Below the pieces are notes generated by a model that ran no database searches, was not told where the DNA came from, and worked only from the letters and a program-made list of their open reading frames with translations. Both the position numbers and the translations under genes were made by a program. From Elusimicrobiota bacterium (GTDB lineage Bacteria; Elusimicrobiota; Elusimicrobia; UBA1565; UBA9628): a stretch of DNA of 64,000 nucleotides. The DNA is taken from contig JACRDT010000007.1 in NCBI GenBank assembly GCA_016212795.1, forward strand, positions 299,627 through 363,626, written 5' to 3'. Positions 52,492 through 60,562 of this stretch are shown here, piece after piece (the first letter of the stretch is position 1; the number at the start of each line of letters is the position of its first letter).

Positions 52492-55371
52492 ATGAGCTTC
52501 ACGCACCCGGCGGCCCTTTGGGCGCTGCCCCTGGCCCTGGCCCCGCTCATCCTGCACCTGCTGAACCTGCGCCGGTCCCGGCGGGTGGAGTTCAGCGACC
52601 TGACGCTCCTGCGGGCCGTCGAGGCCAGGTCGCTCCCGAGGCGGCGCCTGAGGTCGTGGCTCCTGGCCGCGGTGCGCTCCCTGCTCCTGGCGCTCCTGGC
52701 GCTGGCCTGGGCCGGCCCGGTCGTGTCGCGCGGCGGGCCCGGGGCCGGCGAGGGCGAGGCCGGCCTGGGCATGGTCGTGCTGTTGGACTCGTCCTACTCG
52801 ATGGGCTACCGCGTCCACGGCAAGACCCGGTTCGAGGCGGCGCGGGCCGCGGCGGAGCGGGTCGTGCGCGGCCTCGGGTCTGCCGACCGCGTCGCGGTGG
52901 GCGTCTTCTCGGACCGCCTCGAGCTCCCGGCCGGCCCGCTGCGGTGGGCCGAAGGCAAGGCCGAGGCGCTCGAGGTCCTCTCGAAGGCCACCCTGAGCCA
53001 CCGGGGCACCGATGTCGGCGCCGCCCTTACCGCGGCCCACGGGCTCCTGCGGCCGCAGGGCTCCAGCCGCGGGCCGCGCCGGGTCGTGCTGGTGCTCTCG
53101 GACGGCGCGCGCCACGGCTTCAGGCGCGGGGCTCCGGAGCCCGACCCGGGGACCAAGGTGTTGGGTCTCGTCTGGGATGACGAGCCCGCCAACGCTCGCC
53201 TGGCGTCGGTCCTGCCGTCGCCGGAGAGCTCCCCGGTCCAGCCCGCCGTCCTGGCGCGGGCCGCGGCCAGCGGCCCGGCCCCCCGGCAGACCTCGGCGCA
53301 GCTGACCTCCTCGGGCGTGCGCGCCGGGTCCGCCGTCCTGAGCTTCGCTGGCAGGGCCGAGGACCACGCGGTGCTGCGCCTGGGTCCCGCGGCGGACCCG
53401 CGCCGCCCCGCCTGGCAGGGGTGGGTCGAGCTCACGCCGGACGCCCTGAGCGCCGACGACCGCTACTACTTCTCCTTGCGCCACGCGCCCAGGCCCCGCG
53501 TGCTCTGCCTATCCGGCAGCCCCGACTTCTTCAGGGTCTCCCGCGCCGGCTACTTCCTTAAAGAGCTCTTCGGGTCCGAGAAGGGGAGCCTGCTCGCCTA
53601 CGACGGCGACTTCCTGGACATCGGCAGGGCCGAGGAGGCGGCGCTCGCCGACTACCGCGCCGTCATCCTGGCCGATTTCAAGGATATCCCGCCGAAGCTG
53701 CGCAAGGCGCTCGAGGAACGGGTCCGTTCGGGCGCGGGGCTGTGGGTTCTGCCCGGCGCGGCGACTCCCGACGACGCCCTCAGGGAGTTGGGCGGGCTCA
53801 TGCCCGCGGCCGTCGGCTCCTCCGTCTCCCCGGCGGGCGCCTTCGGCCTGGTCCCGGCCGCCGACGCGGTCCGCTCGCCGGAGGGGGCTCGGCCCGCCGA
53901 CGCCGGCGCGGTCTGGAAGGAGTTCGAGCTCCAGAAGGTGGCCGTCCGGCGCTACCGCAGGCTCGAGCCCGCGGCCGGGGCCCGGGTGCTCTTCAGGACC
54001 TCCTCGGGAGACCCGGTCCTGGTCACCGGGTCGCTGGGCGCGGGCGCGGTCGCCCTCTGGGCTTCCCCGCTCGACCTCGAGTGGACGAACCTCGCCCTCA
54101 AGCCGGTCTTCGCCGCGTGGGTGGAGCAGGTCCTCGACATCGTCAGCCGCAAGGCCGAGCTCAAGACTTCGGTGCTCCAGGTCCTGGTGGACGAGCCCAT
54201 CAGGCTGGCCTGGAAGGAAGGCGAGCCGCTGCCCGACGGCGTGAAGGTCCGTTCGCCGCTCGGCAAGCTGACGCCCCTGCGCCCCAAGAACCGCGCGGTC
54301 GCCTACGGCGACACCGCCGTGCCCGGGCTCTACGCCGTCGTCGAGGAGGGGGCGACCGCCCGGGAGAGCGTGTTCGCCGTGAACACGGACCGCGCCTTCG
54401 AGGGCGACCTCTCGCGCCAGCCCGACCCGCCGTGGGAATCCATCCGCGCCGGCGCCGTGGAGGAGGACCTCCGCGGCGCCCTTTTCGGCCGGGACGCGCG
54501 GGGCCAGGCCTTCGGCGGCGCGCTCGCGCTCCTCATCGCCGAGATGCTCCTGGCCTTCCCCTGGCGGAAAAACCAGGGGCCGCCCGGCCTGGGGCGTCCT
54601 CGCCGTTCGGCGTCTTCGGTCGCCAGGGCGCTCGTCTTGCTGGCGCTGGCGCTGCTCGCGGCCGCGCCGTGCTCCGCTCAATCCCCCGCCGGGCCCGGCC
54701 CGAGCGACCGGTTCGTGTGGACCCAGCTCAAGCTGGGGCCGGACTGGGACCCCTACGCGGACGCGGCCAAGGAGGCGCTGGAGCTCTTCGGGAAGGTCAC
54801 CAGCGTCCTGGTCCTGCCGGAGCGCAGGGTCCTGGCGCTCGACGACGAGGCGGTCTTCGAGTCGCCCCTGCTCATCCTGGCGGGCCGCAGCGCTCCCGAA
54901 CCGCTCTCGGACGACCGGCTGAGGACCCTGAGGAGCTTCGTCGCGGGCGGGGGCATGCTGTGGATCGAGGACGTCGCCGGCGCTTCGTCGAGCTCCTTCG
55001 ACCGCTGGGTGAGGAAGACCCTGGCGGCCCTCCTGCCGGAGGCCGAGCTGTCGGCCCTGCCGCCGGACCACGTGGTCTACAAGACCTTCTTTTTCCTGCG
55101 CGGGCCCGCGGGCCGGGCCATGGTGCGGCCGAACATCGAGGGCGTCGTCTGGGGCGGCAGGGTCGCGGTGCTCTACTCCAGGAACGACCTCCTCGGCGCC
55201 TGGGCCAAGGACGCGCTCGGCCGGCCCCTGCTGAACTGCACGCCGGGCGGCGAGGCGCAGCGCCACAACGCCAGGAAGCTCACGCTCAACATCATGATGT
55301 ACTCGCTGACCGGGAGCTACAAGTCGGACGCGGTCCACCAGCCCTACCTCCTCGAGAAGATGCGCCAATGA
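52492..55371 (+). CDS. fused BatA-N (double-TM) / vWA / DUF4159-like protein
   Basis: The N-terminus FTHPAALWALPLALAPLILHLLNLRR is the aerotolerance BatA N-terminal motif. MVVLLDSSYSMG is a vWA MIDAS-type DxSxS. The C-terminal ~210 aa (DRFVWTQLKLGPDWDPY...LILAG...MLWIED...LTLNIMMYSLTG) resemble DUF4159. Confidence 0.75.
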   Translation: MSFTHPAALWALPLALAPLILHLLNLRRSRRVEFSDLTLLRAVEARSLPRRRLRSWLLAAVRSLLLALLALAWAGPVVSRGGPGAGEGEAGLGMVVLLDSSYSMGYRVHGKTRFEAARAAAERVVRGLGSADRVAVGVFSDRLELPAGPLRWAEGKAEALEVLSKATLSHRGTDVGAALTAAHGLLRPQGSSRGPRRVVLVLSDGARHGFRRGAPEPDPGTKVLGLVWDDEPANARLASVLPSPESSPVQPAVLARAAASGPAPRQTSAQLTSSGVRAGSAVLSFAGRAEDHAVLRLGPAADPRRPAWQGWVELTPDALSADDRYYFSLRHAPRPRVLCLSGSPDFFRVSRAGYFLKELFGSEKGSLLAYDGDFLDIGRAEEAALADYRAVILADFKDIPPKLRKALEERVRSGAGLWVLPGAATPDDALRELGGLMPAAVGSSVSPAGAFGLVPAADAVRSPEGARPADAGAVWKEFELQKVAVRRYRRLEPAAGARVLFRTSSGDPVLVTGSLGAGAVALWASPLDLEWTNLALKPVFAAWVEQVLDIVSRKAELKTSVLQVLVDEPIRLAWKEGEPLPDGVKVRSPLGKLTPLRPKNRAVAYGDTAVPGLYAVVEEGATARESVFAVNTDRAFEGDLSRQPDPPWESIRAGAVEEDLRGALFGRDARGQAFGGALALLIAEMLLAFPWRKNQGPPGLGRPRRSASSVARALVLLALALLAAAPCSAQSPAGPGPSDRFVWTQLKLGPDWDPYADAAKEALELFGKVTSVLVLPERRVLALDDEAVFESPLLILAGRSAPEPLSDDRLRTLRSFVAGGGMLWIEDVAGASSSSFDRWVRKTLAALLPEAELSALPPDHVVYKTFFFLRGPAGRAMVRPNIEGVVWGGRVAVLYSRNDLLGAWAKDALGRPLLNCTPGGEAQRHNARKLTLNIMMYSLTGSYKSDAVHQPYLLEKMRQ

Positions 55372-55393
55372 TCGAGCCGAGCGGGCGAATACC

Positions 55394-57670
55394 ATGAACT
55401 GGTCCGTCGAGCTGGCGGCGGAGCCCTGGCAGCGGGCCTTGGCCGCGGCCGCGGCGCTGGTCTGCGGCTGGCACCTCTGGCAAGGCCGCCGGGCCCAGGG
55501 CCTGGGCCGCCGGGCCGGGGCCGCCATCCTGGTCTTGAGGGGTGCGGCCGCCGGGGTGCTGCTGCTGGCCGCGCTCCTGCCGTGCGTCTCGGTGTCCGAG
55601 CCGGCCCTGGTCAAGCCCAGGCTCCTCGTCCTCGTCGACGCGGGGTACTCGATGCAGTCGGCCTCGGGGGGAGGCACGAGGATGCAGACGGCGCTCAAGT
55701 GGCTGGGCAGGAACCGCAAGGCCGTGGAGGAGCGCTGCGAGCCCGAGGTCTTCGCCGTCTCGGACCGCGCCCGGCCGGTCGCGGGGCTGGGCGGCCTCGA
55801 CAGGGTCGAGCCGTCGGACGCCGGCTTCCAGGCGGTCGACGCGATCCTCGACGTGGCCCAGGCCTCCGGCAGGAAGGCGGACCGCGCCTGGCTGCTCAGC
55901 GACGGCAACGCCGTCCACGCCGACGGCGTCGAGCGGGCCTTGTCGCGCCTCGGGGTGCCCGTGGACGTCATCGGCGTGGGCCCCGGCCGCCGGGGCAAGG
56001 GGATGTCGTTCTCGGCGATCAAGACCCCGGACTTCGTCTTCCTCCACGGGCGCTTCCCGGTGGAGCTCTCGGTCGAGGCCACGGGCCTGGCCGGGGAGCG
56101 CCTCAGGCTCGCTTTGCTCAAGGAGGAACCGTCGGGCCCGGGGTCCGGGCCGCCGGGCCCGGGGTCTGGGCCGCCGGGCCGGGGCTCGTGGAAGACCCTG
56201 GACAGCCGGACCTTCACGGCGGGTTCGGACTACGAGATCCTTCAGGCGAGCTTCAGCGCCGTGGCCGAGTCCCTGGGCCGGGAGCGCTACCGCCTGGAGG
56301 CCGGGATCCTGTCGAAGGCTTCCCCACTCGCGTCGCGGGACCTGGGCGTGGAGGTCATCCGGCAGAAGTACCGCATCATGTACCTCTCGGGCAGGCCGAG
56401 CTACGGCTACTCGGCCCTGAGGGAGTTCATGAAGTCGGACCCCAACCACGAGCTGGTCTCCTTCGTCATCCTGCGCAACCCCGAGTCCGCCCTGCTCGTG
56501 CCGGATCACGAGCTCTCGCTGATCCCCTTCCCGGCCGAGGAGATCTTCGCGCGCAGTCTCTCGCAGTTCGACCTCTTCATCCTCGAGAACTTCTCCTACA
56601 GGCGGTTCAACCTGCCCGTGGCCTACCTCAACGGCCTCAAGGGGTTCGTCGCCTCGGGCGGGGCGCTCCTGGTCATCGGCGGGGAGCAGGCCTTCGGCCT
56701 GGGGGGCTATCGCGCCACGCCCCTAGAGGACATCCTGCCGGTGACCTTGTCGGCCTCGGCCGAGGACTTCGTCCTGGCCAGGTTCTCGCCCAAGCCGAGC
56801 TCCCTGTCTCACCCGCTCCTGGGCATCTACGAGACCCAGCCCGTCTCCCAGGCGGCCTGGGACGGCTTGCCGCCGCTGTTCGGCTACGCGAAGTTCGGCT
56901 CGGTGCGGGAGGGGACCTCCGTTCTGCTCGTGCACCCCAAGGAGAAGACCGAGAGCGGCCAGGCCCTGCCGGTCATGGCCCTGAGGAACTACGGCCGCGG
57001 GAAGGTCCTGCTCGTCAGCACGGACTCGACCTGGCGCTGGAAGCTGGGGGCGTCGCGGGACTGGAAGCTCGCCGGGTTCTACGGCCGGTTCTGGACCCGG
57101 GCGGTGCAGTACTTGACGGGGAGCCTGGACCTCTCCAAGGTCAAGTTCGCCCCGGTGCCGGACAAGATCGCGCCCCGCGAGCCCGCCGTGTTCATCCTGC
57201 GGGTCTTCGATGAGAACTTCAGGCCCGCCCAGGCGGGCGTGGAGCCCACGGTCCTGTGGACCCAGCCGGACGGGAAGGTCACGAGCGTCTGGGCGAGGGA
57301 GGGCGAGCCCGGCGCCTTCCGCGTGGAGCTCACCGGCCTCAAGGAAGGCGGCCACAGCCTCAAGGCGTCGGTGAAGCTGGCGGGCAAGCCCTGGGGCGAG
57401 GATTCGGCGCGCTTCTCCTGGCACGCCGCGGGCTCGGAGGCGCCCATGGACCGGCAGTTCCTCGAGCGCGTCGCCTCAGCCGGCGGGGGGCGCTTCACGC
57501 CGCTGGCCGCGGCCAGGGCCGGCGAGCTCCTCGACGCCCTGCCGGCCGTCCGTGAGGAGTCCCGCCTGACGCGGCGCCACTACCCCTGGACCCAGCGCTC
57601 CTGGCTGCTGCTGGCCTGCCTCCTGTTCCTGGCCGAGTGGGCCCTGCGCCGCAGCCGCGGCTACGACTGA
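55394..57670 (+). CDS. Bat-operon-type membrane protein (vWA-like N-terminal region, GATase1/ThuA-like region, C-terminal TM)
   Basis: LLVLVDAGYSMQ is vWA-like. YRIMYLSGRPSYGY...FDLFILENF...GGALLVIGG is a ThuA-like fold pattern. C-terminal TM is WLLLACLLFLAEWAL. It contains a 21-nt tandem repeat (56134-56185). Confidence 0.55.
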   Translation: MNWSVELAAEPWQRALAAAAALVCGWHLWQGRRAQGLGRRAGAAILVLRGAAAGVLLLAALLPCVSVSEPALVKPRLLVLVDAGYSMQSASGGGTRMQTALKWLGRNRKAVEERCEPEVFAVSDRARPVAGLGGLDRVEPSDAGFQAVDAILDVAQASGRKADRAWLLSDGNAVHADGVERALSRLGVPVDVIGVGPGRRGKGMSFSAIKTPDFVFLHGRFPVELSVEATGLAGERLRLALLKEEPSGPGSGPPGPGSGPPGRGSWKTLDSRTFTAGSDYEILQASFSAVAESLGRERYRLEAGILSKASPLASRDLGVEVIRQKYRIMYLSGRPSYGYSALREFMKSDPNHELVSFVILRNPESALLVPDHELSLIPFPAEEIFARSLSQFDLFILENFSYRRFNLPVAYLNGLKGFVASGGALLVIGGEQAFGLGGYRATPLEDILPVTLSASAEDFVLARFSPKPSSLSHPLLGIYETQPVSQAAWDGLPPLFGYAKFGSVREGTSVLLVHPKEKTESGQALPVMALRNYGRGKVLLVSTDSTWRWKLGASRDWKLAGFYGRFWTRAVQYLTGSLDLSKVKFAPVPDKIAPREPAVFILRVFDENFRPAQAGVEPTVLWTQPDGKVTSVWAREGEPGAFRVELTGLKEGGHSLKASVKLAGKPWGEDSARFSWHAAGSEAPMDRQFLERVASAGGGRFTPLAAARAGELLDALPAVREESRLTRRHYPWTQRSWLLLACLLFLAEWALRRSRGYD
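56134..56185 (+). repeat. 21-nt tandem repeat, ~2.4 units (encodes GPGSGPP GPGSGPP GRG)
   Basis: gggcccggggtccgggccgcc / gggcccggggtctgggccgcc / gggccggggc, in frame inside the 55394..57670 CDS. Confidence 0.7.
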
Positions 57671-58536
57671 CCAGGGTCGGTGGCGAGTTGGCCGCAGGCG
57701 GCGGCGATGCGGCGGCCCTTGGTCTCGCGCACGACCGCGTGCCGGCCCGCCAGCCGGAGCCTGCCCTGGAAGCGCTCCGTCTCGGCCCTGGTGGGAGGCT
57801 CGAAGCCCTCGCCTCCGCGGATGCCGTTGTACGGGATGAGGTTCACCGAGGCGCGGAACGGCTCGAGGAAGGCGGCGAGCTCGTCGGCGTGCTCGGGCCG
57901 GTCGTTGATCCCGCGCAGGAGCACGTACTCGGCCATGAAGACCCCCCGGCGCAAGGGATAGTCCAGCAGGGCCTGCCGCAGGGACGCCATCGGGTGCCTG
58001 CGGTTGATGGGCATGAGGCTGGAGCGGATGGCGTCGTTGGGCGCGTTGAGGGAGACCGCCAGGGCGACCCTCTTCCAGGAGAGCGCGGCCAGGCGGCTCA
58101 AGCCCGGCAGGAAGCCGCAGGTGGAGACCGTCATGCGGTTCATGGCGACCGCGCTCCCGGCGGGGGCGCCGATCAGCAGTCGCACGGATGCGGCCCAGTT
58201 CTCGAAGTTGTCGAGAGGCTCGCCCATGCCCATGAAGGAGATGTTGGTCGGCCTGGCGCCGAGGAGGCGGGCGGCCCGCACCTGGGCCATGATCTCGGCC
58301 GGCTCGAGGTCGCGCACGAAACCCATGCGCCCCGTGGCGCAGAACGCGCAGCCCATCCGGCAGCCGACCTGCGTCGAGACGCACAGGGAGGCGCGCTCCC
58401 TGCCGGGCGCGCGCTCTCGCATGGGCACCACCACGGACTCCACCTCCGCTCCGTCGGAGAGGCGCAGGGCGAACTTGATGATGCCCCCCTCCCGGCGCAG
58501 GCGGGTGACGCCGCCGGGCAGGCCGGTCGTCTTCAT
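57661..58536 (-). CDS. rlmN: RlmN/Cfr-family radical SAM rRNA/tRNA methyltransferase, short form
   Basis: Trimmed to ATG 58536 (ATGA overlap with the upstream stop). LCVSTQVGCRMGCAFCATG (CxxxCxxC), FMGMGEPL, VSTCG (second catalytic Cys), LIPYN. It lacks the ~60-aa N-terminal domain of E. coli RlmN. Confidence 0.75.
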   Translation of the reverse strand: MKTTGLPGGVTRLRREGGIIKFALRLSDGAEVESVVVPMRERAPGRERASLCVSTQVGCRMGCAFCATGRMGFVRDLEPAEIMAQVRAARLLGARPTNISFMGMGEPLDNFENWAASVRLLIGAPAGSAVAMNRMTVSTCGFLPGLSRLAALSWKRVALAVSLNAPNDAIRSSLMPINRRHPMASLRQALLDYPLRRGVFMAEYVLLRGINDRPEHADELAAFLEPFRASVNLIPYNGIRGGEGFEPPTRAETERFQGRLRLAGRHAVVRETKGRRIAAACGQLATDPGQS

Positions 58537-59513
58537 TCGTAGAACGGCGTCAGCGCTCCGCGGGCGTCGACGGCCATCATCCGCATCGAGCACCCGGAGG
58601 AGGAGACGCCCACGAGCAGGAAGGTCTGCTTGCGGGCCTGCTGGCGGGTGCCAGGTTCGAGGGAGAAGGCCTGCCGGGCGTAGGGCATCCGGCACGTCGC
58701 CTTGTCGCAGTGCTGCCGGTAGGCCTGCCGGCTCAGGGGGTAAGTGTACGTCGCGGTCGCCGTCCCGATGATGAGCTGGCGCAAGACGCGGAGGCCGTAG
58801 GAGAGCTTCTCGTCCCAGACCAGGTGTTCGTGCCCGGAGACGTAGGCGTCCAGGCCCGCCCTCGCCAGGCGCGCCCCGAACCCGTCCCGGAAATCGGCGT
58901 CGGTCCTGCCCAGCACGGAGATCAGCGGGACATGCCCGAACCCGAGCTTGAGCCGCCCCGAGGCGCGCGCGATGTCCTCGAGGGCCCACTCCTCCATGGC
59001 CGGGTCGACGTCGCGGCTGACGACGTTCATGAGCGTGAAATGCGCGCCGCCCGAGTCGAAGGAGTAGTAGAGGGGCGGTTCGCCGTCGAGGATGAGGCTC
59101 GGGGTCTCCTCGCGCAGCTTTGCCCAGGCCTCCTGATAGCCTTGGCGATGCACGGCCCGGTACTGGTCGTGGTTGCCCGGCATGGGCAGCACCGGGATGC
59201 CGGCCCTCGAGAGGGGCTGCAGGCTTTCCTTGAGGGCGGACCACCAGCCGCGCACGTCGTCAAGGCCGAAGTCGTCGTCCTCGTTGCCGCTCGTCAGGTC
59301 CCCCGCCATGATGACGAACCTCGGCCGGAGCGCCGCGAGGTGCTCGACGAGCGGCTTGAAGGCCGGGGTGAGCGTCCCGTTGGTGTAGACGTGGATGTCC
59401 GAGATGACCGCGAACGTCCACTGGGGCGCGTCCTCGCCGGCCTGGGGCTGGGCGCAGACGCGGGCCGCCAGGAGGCCCAGCCCCGCGAACGCCGTGAGGA
59501 TGATCCGACCCAT
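58533..59513 (-). CDS. secreted metallophosphoesterase (calcineurin-like)
   Basis: AVISDIH, MAGDLTSGNE, MPGNHD, FGHVP and SGHEH motifs, with an N-terminal signal peptide. Confidence 0.85.
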   Translation of the reverse strand: MGRIILTAFAGLGLLAARVCAQPQAGEDAPQWTFAVISDIHVYTNGTLTPAFKPLVEHLAALRPRFVIMAGDLTSGNEDDDFGLDDVRGWWSALKESLQPLSRAGIPVLPMPGNHDQYRAVHRQGYQEAWAKLREETPSLILDGEPPLYYSFDSGGAHFTLMNVVSRDVDPAMEEWALEDIARASGRLKLGFGHVPLISVLGRTDADFRDGFGARLARAGLDAYVSGHEHLVWDEKLSYGLRVLRQLIIGTATATYTYPLSRQAYRQHCDKATCRMPYARQAFSLEPGTRQQARKQTFLLVGVSSSGCSMRMMAVDARGALTPFYE

Positions 59514-59552
59514 ACGCTATGATGCCATGACGGGATCCCCCGTGCCGGGGAT

Positions 59553-59906
59553 TCAGCGGTGGGACCTCCGCCACCACTCGTAGACGCCGATGGCAGCGAA
59601 GATCGCCAGCGTGAACAGGATGCTGTTCAGGCGCGTCCTGCGGATGAGGGCCTGGTCGTCGGGGACGCGGCGGCTCAGGAAATCCACGCCGCCGAAATGG
59701 GCTCCGACCAGCTTGTAGCGGTAGCAGCCGATCAGCTTGACCGGGAAGCCCGCGAACTGTCTCCAGAGCACCGCGACGTGCGACCCGCACTCGGGGCACT
59801 TGGCCGCCTCCCCCTTGAACTCGTGGCCGAACAGGCCCTCCTTGATGCTCCCTGAGGACTCGTCGGTCGACCCGGCCCGGCACTTCTCGCAGAAACCCTC
59901 GGTCAT
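59553..59906 (-). CDS. zinc-ribbon membrane protein, hypothetical
   Basis: AAGGAGGG SD before ATG 59906. CEKC...CPECG ribbon, then a C-terminal TM ILFTLAIFAAIGVY. Confidence 0.55.
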   Translation of the reverse strand: MTEGFCEKCRAGSTDESSGSIKEGLFGHEFKGEAAKCPECGSHVAVLWRQFAGFPVKLIGCYRYKLVGAHFGGVDFLSRRVPDDQALIRRTRLNSILFTLAIFAAIGVYEWWRRSHR

Positions 59907-59970
59907 CGTCCCTCCTTCCCGCGGCGCTCGCTAATAGCTATCATCCTACTTCCGGGACCCCGGTTTCAAG

Positions 59971-60489
59971 ATGAAAGACATCGCGACCTATAGGAGCTGG
60001 CGCCTCGCCGCGGCCGCGGCCGGATCCATCCTGATGGGGCTGGTCTGTCTGGCCGTCGTCGGGTCGCTCTTCTTCTTCATCCGCAGCGAGAAGGCCTCCT
60101 GGGGGGTCCTGCTCGTGGGCCTGTTCCCGCTGGCGCTCGGCTCGGGGGTCCTCACCCACGGGGTGCGCCGCGCGCGCGAGTCGAGGGAACAAGGCTGCTT
60201 CCTGCGCGCCGGGCCCGAAGGCCTCGCCCTGCGCCTCCCCGGTCCCGCCAAGAGGAGGTTCCTGTGCGCTTCCTACGACATGTGGGAGTATTCGTTCCGC
60301 TGGGACGAGGTGACCAGCGTCACTTGGACCCTCGGGTCGGACCGGGCGCGGAGCATCGTCATCCACGCCCGGGGCGGCAGTCTCACCCTGGAGGCCGCTT
60401 GGTTCAAGGAGCCCGCGGCGGCCATCCTCGACAACATGCGGCGGGCCGCCCACCCGGTCTCGCCGCCCATCCCCAAGACCACCCTTTGA
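59971..60489 (+). CDS. hypothetical membrane protein (2 TM + small soluble domain)
   Basis: 172-aa ORF with two hydrophobic helices (ILMGLVCLAVVGSLFFFI; VLLVGLFPLALGSGVL). No family recognised. Confidence 0.5.
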   Translation: MKDIATYRSWRLAAAAAGSILMGLVCLAVVGSLFFFIRSEKASWGVLLVGLFPLALGSGVLTHGVRRARESREQGCFLRAGPEGLALRLPGPAKRRFLCASYDMWEYSFRWDEVTSVTWTLGSDRARSIVIHARGGSLTLEAAWFKEPAAAILDNMRRAAHPVSPPIPKTTL

Positions 60490-60514
60490 CGGGCTTTTTG
60501 CCGCCGCAAGTTGG

Positions 60515-60520
60515 TATAAT
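60515..60520 (+). promoter_or_regulatory. extended -10-like box TGgTATAAT upstream of the permease gene
   Basis: TGGTATAAT at 60512-60520, 42 nt before ATG 60563. The nearest TTGACG (60485-60490) is 24 nt away, which is too far for a canonical -35. Confidence 0.3.
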
Positions 60521-60562
60521 GCCGGCCAGCATAGCCTCACATCCTTCTAGAACAGAGCGACC

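Noticed and set aside
22358-52494. Reading the hairpin repeats as ordinary REP/BIME-type selfish palindromes (they carry a CTAC/GTAG tetranucleotide next to the stem, as RAYT-recognised REPs do)
   Set aside because: Not fully excluded. I consider it less likely as the sole explanation for three reasons. All copies share one orientation relative to the downstream gene. They place a stop codon at the downstream start. And the first 8 codons vary mainly at synonymous third positions. No RAYT-like gene is present in this window. A genome-wide census is needed.
60485-60520. TTGACG ... TATAAT as a full sigma70-type promoter for the permease gene
   Set aside because: The spacing between the hexamers is 24 nt, well outside the 16-18 nt optimum. 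Only the extended -10-like TGgTATAAT is reported, at low confidence.
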